Origin: Burkholderiales bacterium
GTDB lineage: Bacteria > Pseudomonadota > Gammaproteobacteria > Burkholderiales > Burkholderiaceae_E
Length of the DNA stretch: 64,000 nt
NCBI GenBank assembly: GCA_026399835.1
Contig: JAPLQE010000092.1
Location: forward strand, 2,882-66,881
Direction of reading: 5' to 3'
Below the pieces are notes generated by a model, which was not told the DNA's origin, did no database searches, and saw nothing but the letters and a program-made list of their open reading frames with translations. Shown one piece after another: positions 46,438 to 54,709 of the stretch. Each line of letters starts with the position of its first letter. The stretch's first letter is position 1. A program made the position numbers and the translations under genes.

Positions 46438-48147
46438 TCACGCGCTGAACCGATCCAGGACGGCGCCCGGCCCGCGGCCCGCAGCGTGCCCGAGGATCGT
46501 CGTGCCGTCGAAGGTGCGCGTGCCGTTGACCCAGGTGCCGTGCACGCCCACCGGGTCACGCACCAGGCGGCGCGCGCCGCCCGGCAGGTCGTGCGCGGCG
46601 CGCAGCCGCGAGATGCCGACGGTGGCCGGGTCGAACAGCAGCAGGTCGGCCGCCGCACCCGCGACGATGCGCCCGCGCCCGGGGATCCGGTAGGCGTCGG
46701 CCGGATGCGAGGTGAGGCGGCGCACCGCCTCCTGCAGCGTGAAGGTGCCGGTCTCGCGCGCCCAGTGCCCGAGCAGGTGCAGGCCGAAGCCCGCGTCGCA
46801 CAGGTAGCCCAGGTGCGCGCCCGCGTCCGACAGCGTGATCACGCCGGCGCGGTGCGTGATGAGCGGCGCCACGCCCTCGTCGCGGTTGTTGAAGAAGCGG
46901 CCCGCGAAGCGCGCACCCAGGCGCTCGGCCAGGCCGAAGTCGAACAGCCAGTCGATCGGGTCGACGCCGGCCTCGGCCGCGAGCGAGGCGATCGTGCGGT
47001 CCTGCAGGTCGCGGCGCGCATCGGAGGCGATCGCCACCGCGACCTGGGTCCAGTCGCCGGTGAAGATCACGCCCGAGGGCGGCGAGCGCAGGTCGGCGCG
47101 GAACGCCTCGCGGAACGACGGGTCGGCGTAGATCCGCGCGAGCGCCTCGGCATCGCCCGCGGCGGCCTTGACCGGCGCGAACGAGGGCAGCGGGTACCAG
47201 ACGTAGGGCGTGTGCAGGTCGAAGTCGAAGGTGAGCGGCTGGCAGCTCGCCTGGATGCGCACCTCGTGGCCACGGTCGGTGGCCTCGGCGCAGCGGTCGT
47301 ACATCGCCAGGCCGCGCGTGGGCGCCGAGTCGCTGTACATCGCCAGCACCGTCGAGATGAAGGCCGGGCGTCCGGTGCGGGCCGCGACGTCCTCCATGTA
47401 CTCCGGCGTCGCCCGCGATCCGGTCGCGCTCATGAACACGCCGCGCCCGGCCTCGCGCATCGGCTCGAGCATCGCATGCAGCTCGGCGTCGGTGGCGATG
47501 GTCGAGGGCATCGGCGCGCCGCCCCAGCCGCTGTGGTTCGGCGAGAACGAGGACGCGAAGCCGATCGCGCCGGCGGCCATCGCGTCGCGCACCTGCGCGA
47601 CCATCGCGGCGAGCTCGGCGGCGGTCGGCTCGATGCGCAGCGATGCGTCCTCGCCCATCACCGCGGTGCGGATCGCCGAGTGGCCGGCGAACACCGCGAC
47701 GTTGAGCGACGGCCCGAGGCGGCGCAGCAGGTCCAGATACCCGGCGAAGGTCTCGAACTCCCAGCGGGTGCCGGTGCGCAGCGCACCGAGGTCCATGCCC
47801 TCGACCACCGACAGGTTGCGCAGCATGGTGTCGCGCAGCGCCGGCGGGCAGGGCGCGATGCCGAAGCCGCAGTTGCCGATCACCGCGGTCGTCACGCCGA
47901 GCGCGGGCGACGGCGAGCAGCCCGGATCCCAGGTCAGCTGGGCGTCGTAGTGGGTGTGCAGGTCGACGATGCCGGGCATCAGGGCCAGGCCGCCGGCGTC
48001 CACCACCTCGGCGCCGTCCGCACCGGCACGGGCGCCCTCGCCGATCGCGGCGACGCGGCCGTCGCGCACCAGCAGGTCGGCCCGGACCGGATCGGCCCCG
48101 GTGCCGTCGTACACGGTCGCCCCGCGGAACAGCGTCGCTTCGGCCAT
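46438..48147 (-). CDS. D-aminoacylase-like amidohydrolase (N-acyl-D-amino-acid deacylase family)
   Basis: 569 aa. It has FRGATVYDGTG, PGIVDLHTHYD and GVTTAVIGNCG, plus a long beta-barrel C-terminal part typical of D-aminoacylases. Confidence 0.85.
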   Translation of the reverse strand: MAEATLFRGATVYDGTGADPVRADLLVRDGRVAAIGEGARAGADGAEVVDAGGLALMPGIVDLHTHYDAQLTWDPGCSPSPALGVTTAVIGNCGFGIAPCPPALRDTMLRNLSVVEGMDLGALRTGTRWEFETFAGYLDLLRRLGPSLNVAVFAGHSAIRTAVMGEDASLRIEPTAAELAAMVAQVRDAMAAGAIGFASSFSPNHSGWGGAPMPSTIATDAELHAMLEPMREAGRGVFMSATGSRATPEYMEDVAARTGRPAFISTVLAMYSDSAPTRGLAMYDRCAEATDRGHEVRIQASCQPLTFDFDLHTPYVWYPLPSFAPVKAAAGDAEALARIYADPSFREAFRADLRSPPSGVIFTGDWTQVAVAIASDARRDLQDRTIASLAAEAGVDPIDWLFDFGLAERLGARFAGRFFNNRDEGVAPLITHRAGVITLSDAGAHLGYLCDAGFGLHLLGHWARETGTFTLQEAVRRLTSHPADAYRIPGRGRIVAGAAADLLLFDPATVGISRLRAAHDLPGGARRLVRDPVGVHGTWVNGTRTFDGTTILGHAAGRGPGAVLDRFSA

Positions 48148-48406
48148 GGCCGCGTCTCCTTCGTCGTCGTCGTCGTCCGCGGCGCCCGAGGCCTCGCGTG
48201 GAGGGCGGACGATAGCCGTGCGCGCGTCGATCGGTCAACGCGACGTGCCGGGCTTCGGGCGGGATGCAGTCGGCCGCATGGCACGATGCGGGGCCTTTCG
48301 GGCGGGCAGGGCTCGCTGCGCTCGGGCATCGGCCTTGCCGACCGCCTTCACACGTCGTCGACCACGCCGCCCTCCGCACGCCGCCCCTCCGCACGCAGGA
48401 CCCGCC

Positions 48407-49666
48407 ATGGCCGCCATCCGCCCCGCTCCGACCGACCGCCCCGCCGAGCCACCGCCCGGCCCGGCCCGGACCGACGCCTCTGCCGCGGGCTGCGACGCCG
48501 ATGCGTTCGGGTCCCGCACCGGGCCGCAGCGACCCGGGCGCCGGCGCGCGGGCGCCCTGCTCGCCGCCGCGCTCGCCGCACCGGTGCTGCCGGCGCGCGC
48601 GCAGCCCGCGACGACGGTGCGCAGCGCCCGCGCCACGCTCGAGGTCACTGAGTTCGCACGCGGGCTGCAGCATCCGTGGAGCCTCACCTTCCTGCCCGAC
48701 GGCCGGAAGCTCGTCACCGAGCGCCCCGGACGGCTGCGCCTCGTCGAGCCGGACGGCCGGCTCTCGGCGCCGGTCGCGGGCGTGCCGCCGGTGCTCGCGC
48801 GGGGCCAGGGCGGGCTGCTCGGCCTGGTGCTGTCGCCCGGCTTCGCGACCGACCGCACGCTCTTCCTGTCGTACGCCGAGCCGACCCCGGCGGGCGGGCG
48901 CACCGCGGTGGCACGCGCCGAGTTCGACGGCGCCGGGCTGCGCGAGCTGCGCACGATCTTCCGCCAGCAGCCCGACGCCTCGGGCGGCAACCACTGGGGC
49001 GGCCGGATGGTCTTCGACCGCGACGGCCTGCTGTTCGTGACGCTCGGCGACCGGTTCTCGCTGCGCGACAAGGCGCAGGACCTGGGCACCCACCTCGGCA
49101 AGATCGTGCGCATCCGCCCGGACGGCACGGTGCCGCCCGACAACCCCTTCGTCGGCCGCGCCGGCGCCCTGCCCGAGATCTGGTCGTACGGCCACCGCAA
49201 CGTGCAGGGCGCGGCGCTGCATCCGTCGACCGGCCGGCTCTGGACCCACGAGCACGGCCCGCAGGGCGGTGACGAGCTCAACGTGGCGCGGGCCGGCCGC
49301 AACTACGGCTGGCCGATGGTCACCTTCGGCCGCGAGTACGGCACGGGCTTTCGGATCGGCGAGGGGACCGAGCGGGCGGGGATGGAATCGCCGCTGCTCC
49401 AGTGGACGCCGTCGATCGCGCCGTCCGGCATGGCCTTCTACGACGCCGACCGCATCCCCGGCTGGAAGGGGCAGCTGCTGGTGGGCGCGCTCGCGCACCG
49501 CAGCCTGTACCGGATCGAGCTCGACGGCGAGCGGGTGACCGGCCAGGAGCGGATGCTCGAGAGCCTGGGGCGGCGCATCCGCGACGTGAGCGTCGGGCCC
49601 GACGGCCTCGTCTACCTGCTCACCGACGAGCCCGAGGGCGCGATCCTGAAGCTCGCGCCGCGATAG
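48407..49666 (+). CDS. PQQ-dependent soluble sugar (aldose) dehydrogenase, YliI/Asd-like
   Basis: It has GLQHPWSLTFLPDGRKLVTERPGRLRLV, GQGGLLGLVLSP, HWGGRMVFDRDG, IWSYGHRNVQG and GGDELN. The start was taken at the first ATG (48407). The signal-like RRRAGALLAAALAAPVLPARA is 45 aa in, so the true start may be further downstream. Confidence 0.8.
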   Translation: MAAIRPAPTDRPAEPPPGPARTDASAAGCDADAFGSRTGPQRPGRRRAGALLAAALAAPVLPARAQPATTVRSARATLEVTEFARGLQHPWSLTFLPDGRKLVTERPGRLRLVEPDGRLSAPVAGVPPVLARGQGGLLGLVLSPGFATDRTLFLSYAEPTPAGGRTAVARAEFDGAGLRELRTIFRQQPDASGGNHWGGRMVFDRDGLLFVTLGDRFSLRDKAQDLGTHLGKIVRIRPDGTVPPDNPFVGRAGALPEIWSYGHRNVQGAALHPSTGRLWTHEHGPQGGDELNVARAGRNYGWPMVTFGREYGTGFRIGEGTERAGMESPLLQWTPSIAPSGMAFYDADRIPGWKGQLLVGALAHRSLYRIELDGERVTGQERMLESLGRRIRDVSVGPDGLVYLLTDEPEGAILKLAPR

Positions 49667-49715
49667 CGCGCCGCGGCGCGCGACGGCCGCCCGTGCGGCC
49701 GCCCGGGGTCGCGGC

Positions 49716-50201
49716 TCAGCGCCCCATGCCGCCCACCCGCGTCGCCTGCGCCAGCCAGCTCGCGCCGACCGCCAGCAGCGCCCCGGCGGTCAGCACCGTG
49801 CGCAGGGTGAGGAACCAGCGCGGCACCGGCGTGTCGCGGTAGAGCATCCAGTCGATCGCCAGCGCGACCAGCAGCCCGCCGAACAGCAGCGGCAGCGAGG
49901 TGTCGGTCGGATAGAGGGTGACCACCCAGCAGAACACCGAGGGCGTGACGCCCCACAGCATCCGCGTGACCGCGCGGCCGTCGACGATCGACGGCGAGGC
50001 CAGCGTCACGCCCCAGTGCAGCGCGCCGAGGAAGGTCAGGATCGCGGCCGCGTAGTGCGCCTGCGAGCGCAGCACGCCGCCGATCTCCGCCGGCGGCGAC
50101 ACCCACGAGAACAGCGCGTGCGACGCGAAGGGCAGCAGGCCGGCCAGGCCGAGGATCCAGGCGAAGCGCTGGGTGGCGGGGATGTCGCGCGAGTCGGTCA
50201 T
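49716..50201 (-). CDS. DUF3429 family membrane protein
   Basis: 161 aa with four hydrophobic helices. AHYAAAILTFLGALHWG is the motif I associate with DUF3429. The start codon lies inside the first unit of a tandem repeat. Confidence 0.75.
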   Translation of the reverse strand: MTDSRDIPATQRFAWILGLAGLLPFASHALFSWVSPPAEIGGVLRSQAHYAAAILTFLGALHWGVTLASPSIVDGRAVTRMLWGVTPSVFCWVVTLYPTDTSLPLLFGGLLVALAIDWMLYRDTPVPRWFLTLRTVLTAGALLAVGASWLAQATRVGGMGR

Positions 50202-50256
50202 GGGGCAGCGGTCATGGGGCAGCGGTCATGGGGCGATGGTCATGGGGCAGCGGTCG
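50196..50256. repeat. 14-bp tandem repeat x4 (GGTCATGGGGCAGC) plus a degenerate fifth unit
   Basis: The units are at 50196-50209, 50210-50223, 50224-50237 (gcgat variant) and 50238-50251. On the minus strand each unit reads GCTGCCCCATGACC. Confidence 0.9.
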
Positions 50257-50274
50257 GTGTCCGGCCGTCGACGG

Positions 50275-51483
50275 TCAGCGCGCGACGACGTTCCAGAAGC
50301 GGGTGAAGGAGGCGCAGTACCGGTCCGGGTCGGCCCACTCGCGCGGCACCGGCTCGACGACGACGGCGCGCCGGCGCACCGCCTCGATCGCCTCGCGCCA
50401 GCCGGGCACCAGCGCGTCACGCACGACCGGCACGAGGCCCGCATCGACCAGCGCATCGAGCGCGCGCCGCGCATCGCCGGCGTGGAGCACCTCGATGCGC
50501 CCGCGCATCGCGCCGAGCACGAAGGCCCAGCGACGCGCCGACCACGGGAACCGCGAATGATACGGCGCGTGCAGCAGCCCCATGCGCACCGCGGGCTCGC
50601 GACCGCGCGCACCGCCGAGCGACCAAGGGTGGACGATCCGCACCCGTGCGTCGCCGGCCGCGGCGCAGGCGGCCACGGCCTGCGCGACCCAGCCGGCCTC
50701 GTCCGTGGTCCGCAGCCCGGCGAGCGCGTCGGCGGGCGGCTCGGCATGCACCGCGGGCGGCATCACGCCCGACACCTCGCCGCGCACCGCCGCCGGCTCC
50801 GGCCCCAGGTCCGGCTCGCCGCGCGCGATCGCGTCGAGCGCCTCGTACGAGCGGTCCACCGCCGTGCCCGGGGAGTGCCAGTCGCGCGGCGCGTAGCGCG
50901 CCACGTTGCCCGCGTCGAACACGTAGGGCTTCGCCGAGTAGGTGGCGGCCACCCACTGCCAGCTCAGGTGGTTCGCGCCGAGGTCGCCGTCGAGCAGGTG
51001 GGCGTGCATCCAGTCGGCGCCCGCGCGCCAGTGCACCTTGCGCAGGTGCACGACGTAGGACGCCACCCACATCCGCGCATGGTTGTGCAGCCAGCCGGTC
51101 GCATGGAGCTCGCGCACCGCGAGGTCGATCACCGGCACGCCGGTGCGGCCCTCGAGGATGTCGGCGGGCAGCGCGGACGCGTAGGCGCCCGGCCACGGCG
51201 GCGGCTTCACGTCGACGAGGATGCCGTCGCCGAGATGGCGCCACGCGTGCCGGAAGAACTCGCGCCAGCCGAACTCGAAGGCGAGCTTGTGCGAGACCGG
51301 CACGTGGTGATGCGCGCGGATCGCGGCGAGCGCGTCGGGCACGTCGAGCAGGCCGTGCGTGAGGTAAGGCGACAGCCGCGTGACCGCACCGTCGAGCGCG
51401 TTGCGGCTGCGGGCGTAGGCGGCAGGGTCGACCGCATCGAGGCGGGCGAGCAGCGCCTCGGGGGTCGGCTCGAAGCCGGTCAT
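50275..51483 (-). CDS. Photolyase/cryptochrome-family protein with apparently permuted domain order (FAD-binding helical domain first, alpha/beta domain last)
   Basis: 402 aa. The N-terminal half has LSPYLTHGLL, GWREFFRH, TGVPVIDLAVRELHATGWLHNHARMWVASY, DGDLGANHLSWQWVAA and KPYVFD. The C-terminal half has VRIVHPWSLGG.., ..LVDAGLVPVVRDALVPGW.. and the terminal YCASFTRFWN. Confidence 0.8.
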   Translation of the reverse strand: MTGFEPTPEALLARLDAVDPAAYARSRNALDGAVTRLSPYLTHGLLDVPDALAAIRAHHHVPVSHKLAFEFGWREFFRHAWRHLGDGILVDVKPPPWPGAYASALPADILEGRTGVPVIDLAVRELHATGWLHNHARMWVASYVVHLRKVHWRAGADWMHAHLLDGDLGANHLSWQWVAATYSAKPYVFDAGNVARYAPRDWHSPGTAVDRSYEALDAIARGEPDLGPEPAAVRGEVSGVMPPAVHAEPPADALAGLRTTDEAGWVAQAVAACAAAGDARVRIVHPWSLGGARGREPAVRMGLLHAPYHSRFPWSARRWAFVLGAMRGRIEVLHAGDARRALDALVDAGLVPVVRDALVPGWREAIEAVRRRAVVVEPVPREWADPDRYCASFTRFWNVVAR

Positions 51484-51710
51484 GCCGAGGGCTTCGGACG
51501 GGCCGCGACGAGCATGCAGGTCGCCGTGGCCGTGGCCACCGTCCTGCCGTCCTGCGACAGCTCGCCGGTCACGTTGACGATCTCGCGGCCGCAGCGCACG
51601 ACGCGCGCGCTCGCGCGGATCGGGCCGACCGTCGCCGGCCGCAGGAACGAGGTGTGCAGCTCGAGCGTCGCGCAGCGCTCGTCGCGGGTCGCGGTCGCGG
51701 CCACGCTCAC
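51480..51710 (-). pseudogene. C-terminal half of a PaaI-type hotdog thioesterase (N-terminal half absent)
   Basis: The 76 codons [68 protein letters not shown].. align with the C-terminal strands of PaaI. The LHGG/central-helix half is missing. The GTG overlaps the metW TGA, and the stop overlaps the next gene's ATG. Confidence 0.5.
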
Positions 51711-52351
51711 CTCACCTTGAACCCGTAGATCGCCTGCGTGCAGCGCAGCCCCGCCAGCACGCCCACCGGACGGCCGTCGGCGAGAAACGCGCGCCGCGTG
51801 ATCACGAGGCCGAGCCCCTCGAGGAAGTCCTCGAAGTCCTTCGGCGTCGACAGGTGCAGGTTCGGCGTGTCGTACCAGCGGTACGGCATCTCGCGCGAGA
51901 TCGGCATGCGCCCGCGCAGGATCGACCAGGCGTGCGACCAGTGCCCGAAGTTCGGGAACGACACGATGCCCTCGGCGCCGAGCCGGCTCATCTCGCGCAG
52001 CACGCGCTCGGTCTGGTGGGTCGCCTGGATCGCCATGGACAGCACGACCACGTCGAAGCGGCAGCCCGAGAAGATGTCGAGGCCGGCCTCGATGTCCTGC
52101 TGGATCACGTCGACGCCGCGCCGCGCGCAGGCGAGCACCTGTGCGTCGTCGATCTCGGCGCCGTAGCCGGTGCAGCGCTTGGCGCGCTGCAGGTGGCCGA
52201 GCAGCGCGCCGTCGCCGCAGCCCAGGTCGAGCACGTGCGCGCCCGGCGCGATCCAGCCGGCGATCAGCGCGAGGTCGGGCCGCAGGCCGTTGGCGTCGGG
52301 GCGCTGCGAGGCGGTCACCGCCGTGCCGGACGGAGCGGGGTACGCGCTCAT
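51707..52351 (-). CDS. metW: Methionine biosynthesis protein MetW
   Basis: 214 aa. It has [29 protein letters not shown] and [38 protein letters not shown]. It is ATGA-coupled to metX. Confidence 0.9.
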   Translation of the reverse strand: MSAYPAPSGTAVTASQRPDANGLRPDLALIAGWIAPGAHVLDLGCGDGALLGHLQRAKRCTGYGAEIDDAQVLACARRGVDVIQQDIEAGLDIFSGCRFDVVVLSMAIQATHQTERVLREMSRLGAEGIVSFPNFGHWSHAWSILRGRMPISREMPYRWYDTPNLHLSTPKDFEDFLEGLGLVITRRAFLADGRPVGVLAGLRCTQAIYGFKVR

Positions 52352-53442
52352 GCCGCGAGCGCCACGCCGTCGCGGGCGGTCGTGCCGTCGCGGGCCGGCG
52401 CGCCCGGCAGCGCCATCGCGATCCGGTCGAAGTACGCGCGCACCAGACCGTGGTAGCGCGCATCGTCGAGCAGGAACGCGTCGTGGCCGTGCGGCGCGTC
52501 GATCTCGGCATAGGTCACGCGCCGCCGGTTGGCGAGCAGCGCGGCGACGATCTCGCGGCTGCGCTCGGGCGCGAAGCGCCAGTCGGTGGTGAACGACGCG
52601 AGCAGGAAGTCGCAGCGTGCAGGCGCCATCGCCGCGGCCAGGTCGCCGCCGTGCGCGCTCGCCGGAGTGAAGCGGTAGCCGTCGCGCAGCGCGGTGTCGG
52701 TGGCATGCCGGCGCAGCGTGCGCCCGAAGCGCTCGGCCATCGTGTCGCCCGACAGGTAGGTGATGTGGCCGATCATCCGCGCCACGCTCAGGCCGCGCGC
52801 GGGCACGGTGTCGTGGTCGTAGAAGCGCCCGCCGTGGAAGTCCGGGTCGGTGACGATCGCGCGACGGGCGACCTCGTTGAACGCGATGTTCTGCGCCGAG
52901 AGCTTGGGCGCCGTCGCGATCGCGATGCAGTGGCCGAGCCGCTCGGGGAACAGCGTGCTCCAGGCGAGCGCCTGCATGCCGCCGAGCGAGCCGCCCATCA
53001 CCGCCGCGAAGCGCTCGATGCCGAGGGCATCGGCCAGCCGCGCCTGCGTGCGCACCCAGTCCTCGACGGTGACCACCGGGAAGTCCGGGCCGTAGGGTCG
53101 GCCGGTGGCCGGATTGGTCGACATCGGACCGGTCGAGCCGAAGCACGAGCCGAGGTTGTTGACGCCCACGACGAAGAACCGGTCGGTGTCGAGCGGCTTG
53201 CCGGGGCCGACCATGTTGTCCCACCAGCCGAGGTCCGACGGGTCGGTGGCCGAGGTGCCGGCGACATGGTGCGAGGCGTTCAGCGCATGGCAGACCAGCA
53301 CCGCGTTGTCGCGCGCCGGCGAGAGCGTGCCGTAGGTCTCGTAGACCAGCTCGTAGCCGGCGATCGACGCGCCGCTCGCGAGCGCGAGCGGGGCGTCGAA
53401 GCGCAGGCGCTGCGGGGTGGTGGCTCCGACCGAGTCGGTCAT
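52348..53442 (-). CDS. metX: Homoserine O-acyltransferase MetX, apparently with an internal in-frame deletion
   Basis: From ATG 53442 the product is 364 aa. It has [48 protein letters not shown], the nucleophile [15 protein letters not shown] and [10 protein letters not shown]. The conserved VESYLRYQG..FDANTYL..ALDYFD block that I expect between ERFGR and SFTTDWRF is largely absent (41 aa here against about 70). Confidence 0.8.
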   Translation of the reverse strand: MTDSVGATTPQRLRFDAPLALASGASIAGYELVYETYGTLSPARDNAVLVCHALNASHHVAGTSATDPSDLGWWDNMVGPGKPLDTDRFFVVGVNNLGSCFGSTGPMSTNPATGRPYGPDFPVVTVEDWVRTQARLADALGIERFAAVMGGSLGGMQALAWSTLFPERLGHCIAIATAPKLSAQNIAFNEVARRAIVTDPDFHGGRFYDHDTVPARGLSVARMIGHITYLSGDTMAERFGRTLRRHATDTALRDGYRFTPASAHGGDLAAAMAPARCDFLLASFTTDWRFAPERSREIVAALLANRRRVTYAEIDAPHGHDAFLLDDARYHGLVRAYFDRIAMALPGAPARDGTTARDGVALAA

Positions 53443-53493
53443 CGAATCGTGTCCCGTGTCCCGTGTGGTCATCGTCGGCCGCGGACGGCCTGG

Positions 53494-53531
53494 AATGAAA
53501 ATACCCGACCGGCTTGGCTGCGGCGGTCGGG
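53494..53531 (-). terminator. Leader hairpin + U-run between the riboswitch candidate and metX (attenuator)
   Basis: On the minus strand, CCCGACCG-(12 nt loop)-CGGUCGGG is followed by UAUUUUCAUU, ~50 nt upstream of the metX ATG. Confidence 0.5.
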
Positions 53532-53549
53532 CACGGGCGGGGTCGCGGT

Positions 53550-53602
53550 GCGCCGCTTTAGCCGCATTTGTAACGCGCCCGCAAGCTGGGTCAAATCGGC
53601 GC
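53550..53602 (-). promoter_or_regulatory. Candidate SAM-II (metA-element) riboswitch in the metX leader
   Basis: The minus-strand RNA is GCGCCGAUUUGACCCAGCUUGCGGGCGCGUUACAAAUGCGGCUAAAGCGGCGC. It contains the CGAUUUG...GCUUGC...GCUAAAGC signature I recall for SAM-II, and its ends are complementary (GCGCCG/CGGCGC). Confidence 0.5.
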
Positions 53603-53644
53603 GAGCGCAGACGGTAGCGGTCGGGATGGCGGGTGTCAACCCGG

Positions 53645-53662
53645 GGGCATGAGCTCATGCCC
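53645..53662. promoter_or_regulatory. Perfect 18-bp palindrome GGGCATGAGCTCATGCCC in the metX / rhodanese divergent intergenic region
   Basis: The sequence is an exact inverted repeat, read directly. Its function is unknown. Confidence 0.3.
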
Positions 53663-53736
53663 GCGAAGGGGGGTTCACGCGGGCAGGCGCCCGGGCGCAT
53701 CATCGCGCCCCTCCTGTCGTTCTTCCGGAAGACCCG

Positions 53737-54702
53737 ATGCGCCACCCCTCCCGTCTCCTGTCGGCCGCGCTGCTCGCCGCCGCGCTGTCCTTCGCCGCGC
53801 CGGCGCTCCAGGCCGCACCGATCGTCGAGCAGGCCGAACTCGCCGCGAAGCTCGACGCGCCGCAGCTGCGCCTCCTCGACATCCGCGACGGCAAGGACGC
53901 CGCCGGCCGCACGCCGTACGAGACCGGCCACCTGCCGGGCGCGGTGTCGGCCCCCTACTCGCTGTGGCGCGGCCCCAAGGACAACCCCGGCAAGCCGCTC
54001 GATGCGCAGGCCCTCACCGCGCTGCTGCAGCGGCTGGGGATCGACCGCGACACCGAGGTGGTGGTGGTGCACGAAGGCAAGGACGCGACCGACTTCGGTG
54101 CGGCCGCACGCGTCTACTGGACGCTGAAGACCGCCGGCCTGTCGAAGCTGTCGATCCTCAACGGCGGCGTCGCAGCGTGGCGCGCGGCCGGCCGGCCGCT
54201 GCCGACCGATGGGGTCCAGGTACGGGCGTCGAGCTATGTCGCGCAGATCGACACGCGCCTGATCGCCACCCGCGACGACGTCGTGGCGGCCCAGTCGGCG
54301 CAGAAGGCCAAGCTGATCGACGCCCGTCCGAAGGCCTTCTTCGAGGGCGAGACCCGTCACGTCGCCGCCAAGGCGCCGGGCACGATCGCCGGCGCGAGCA
54401 ACGTCGACTCCGCGGTGTGGTTCAACAAGGGCAGCGGCTCGCTCCTCGCCGCCACCGACGTCAGGCGCGTGGCGCAGTCCAACGGCATCGAGCCGGGCTC
54501 GGGCACCGACGCGGTCTCGTTCTGCAACACCGGCCACTGGGCGGCGACCAACTGGTTCGTGATGTCGGAGATGCTGGGCGAAAAGGACGTGAAGCTGTAC
54601 CCGGAGTCGATGGTCGAGTGGTCGCGCGCGGGGCTGCCGATGTCCAACGTGCCGAACCGCATGCGCCAGCTGCTGATCGACCTGAAGCTGTCGGGGACCT
54701 GA
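53737..54702 (+). CDS. Periplasmic tandem-rhodanese sulfurtransferase (thiosulfate sulfurtransferase-like)
   Basis: 321 aa. It has a signal peptide ([20 protein letters not shown]) and two rhodanese-like halves. The active-site loop is FCNTGHWAA. Confidence 0.85.
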   Translation: MRHPSRLLSAALLAAALSFAAPALQAAPIVEQAELAAKLDAPQLRLLDIRDGKDAAGRTPYETGHLPGAVSAPYSLWRGPKDNPGKPLDAQALTALLQRLGIDRDTEVVVVHEGKDATDFGAAARVYWTLKTAGLSKLSILNGGVAAWRAAGRPLPTDGVQVRASSYVAQIDTRLIATRDDVVAAQSAQKAKLIDARPKAFFEGETRHVAAKAPGTIAGASNVDSAVWFNKGSGSLLAATDVRRVAQSNGIEPGSGTDAVSFCNTGHWAATNWFVMSEMLGEKDVKLYPESMVEWSRAGLPMSNVPNRMRQLLIDLKLSGT

Positions 54703-54709
54703 GACCCCG

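Noticed and set aside
50196-50256. Could the tandem repeats here, or at 14347-14376, be a CRISPR array?
   Set aside because: The units are 12-14 bp and directly abutting with no spacers. No cas genes are present. These are simple tandem repeats.
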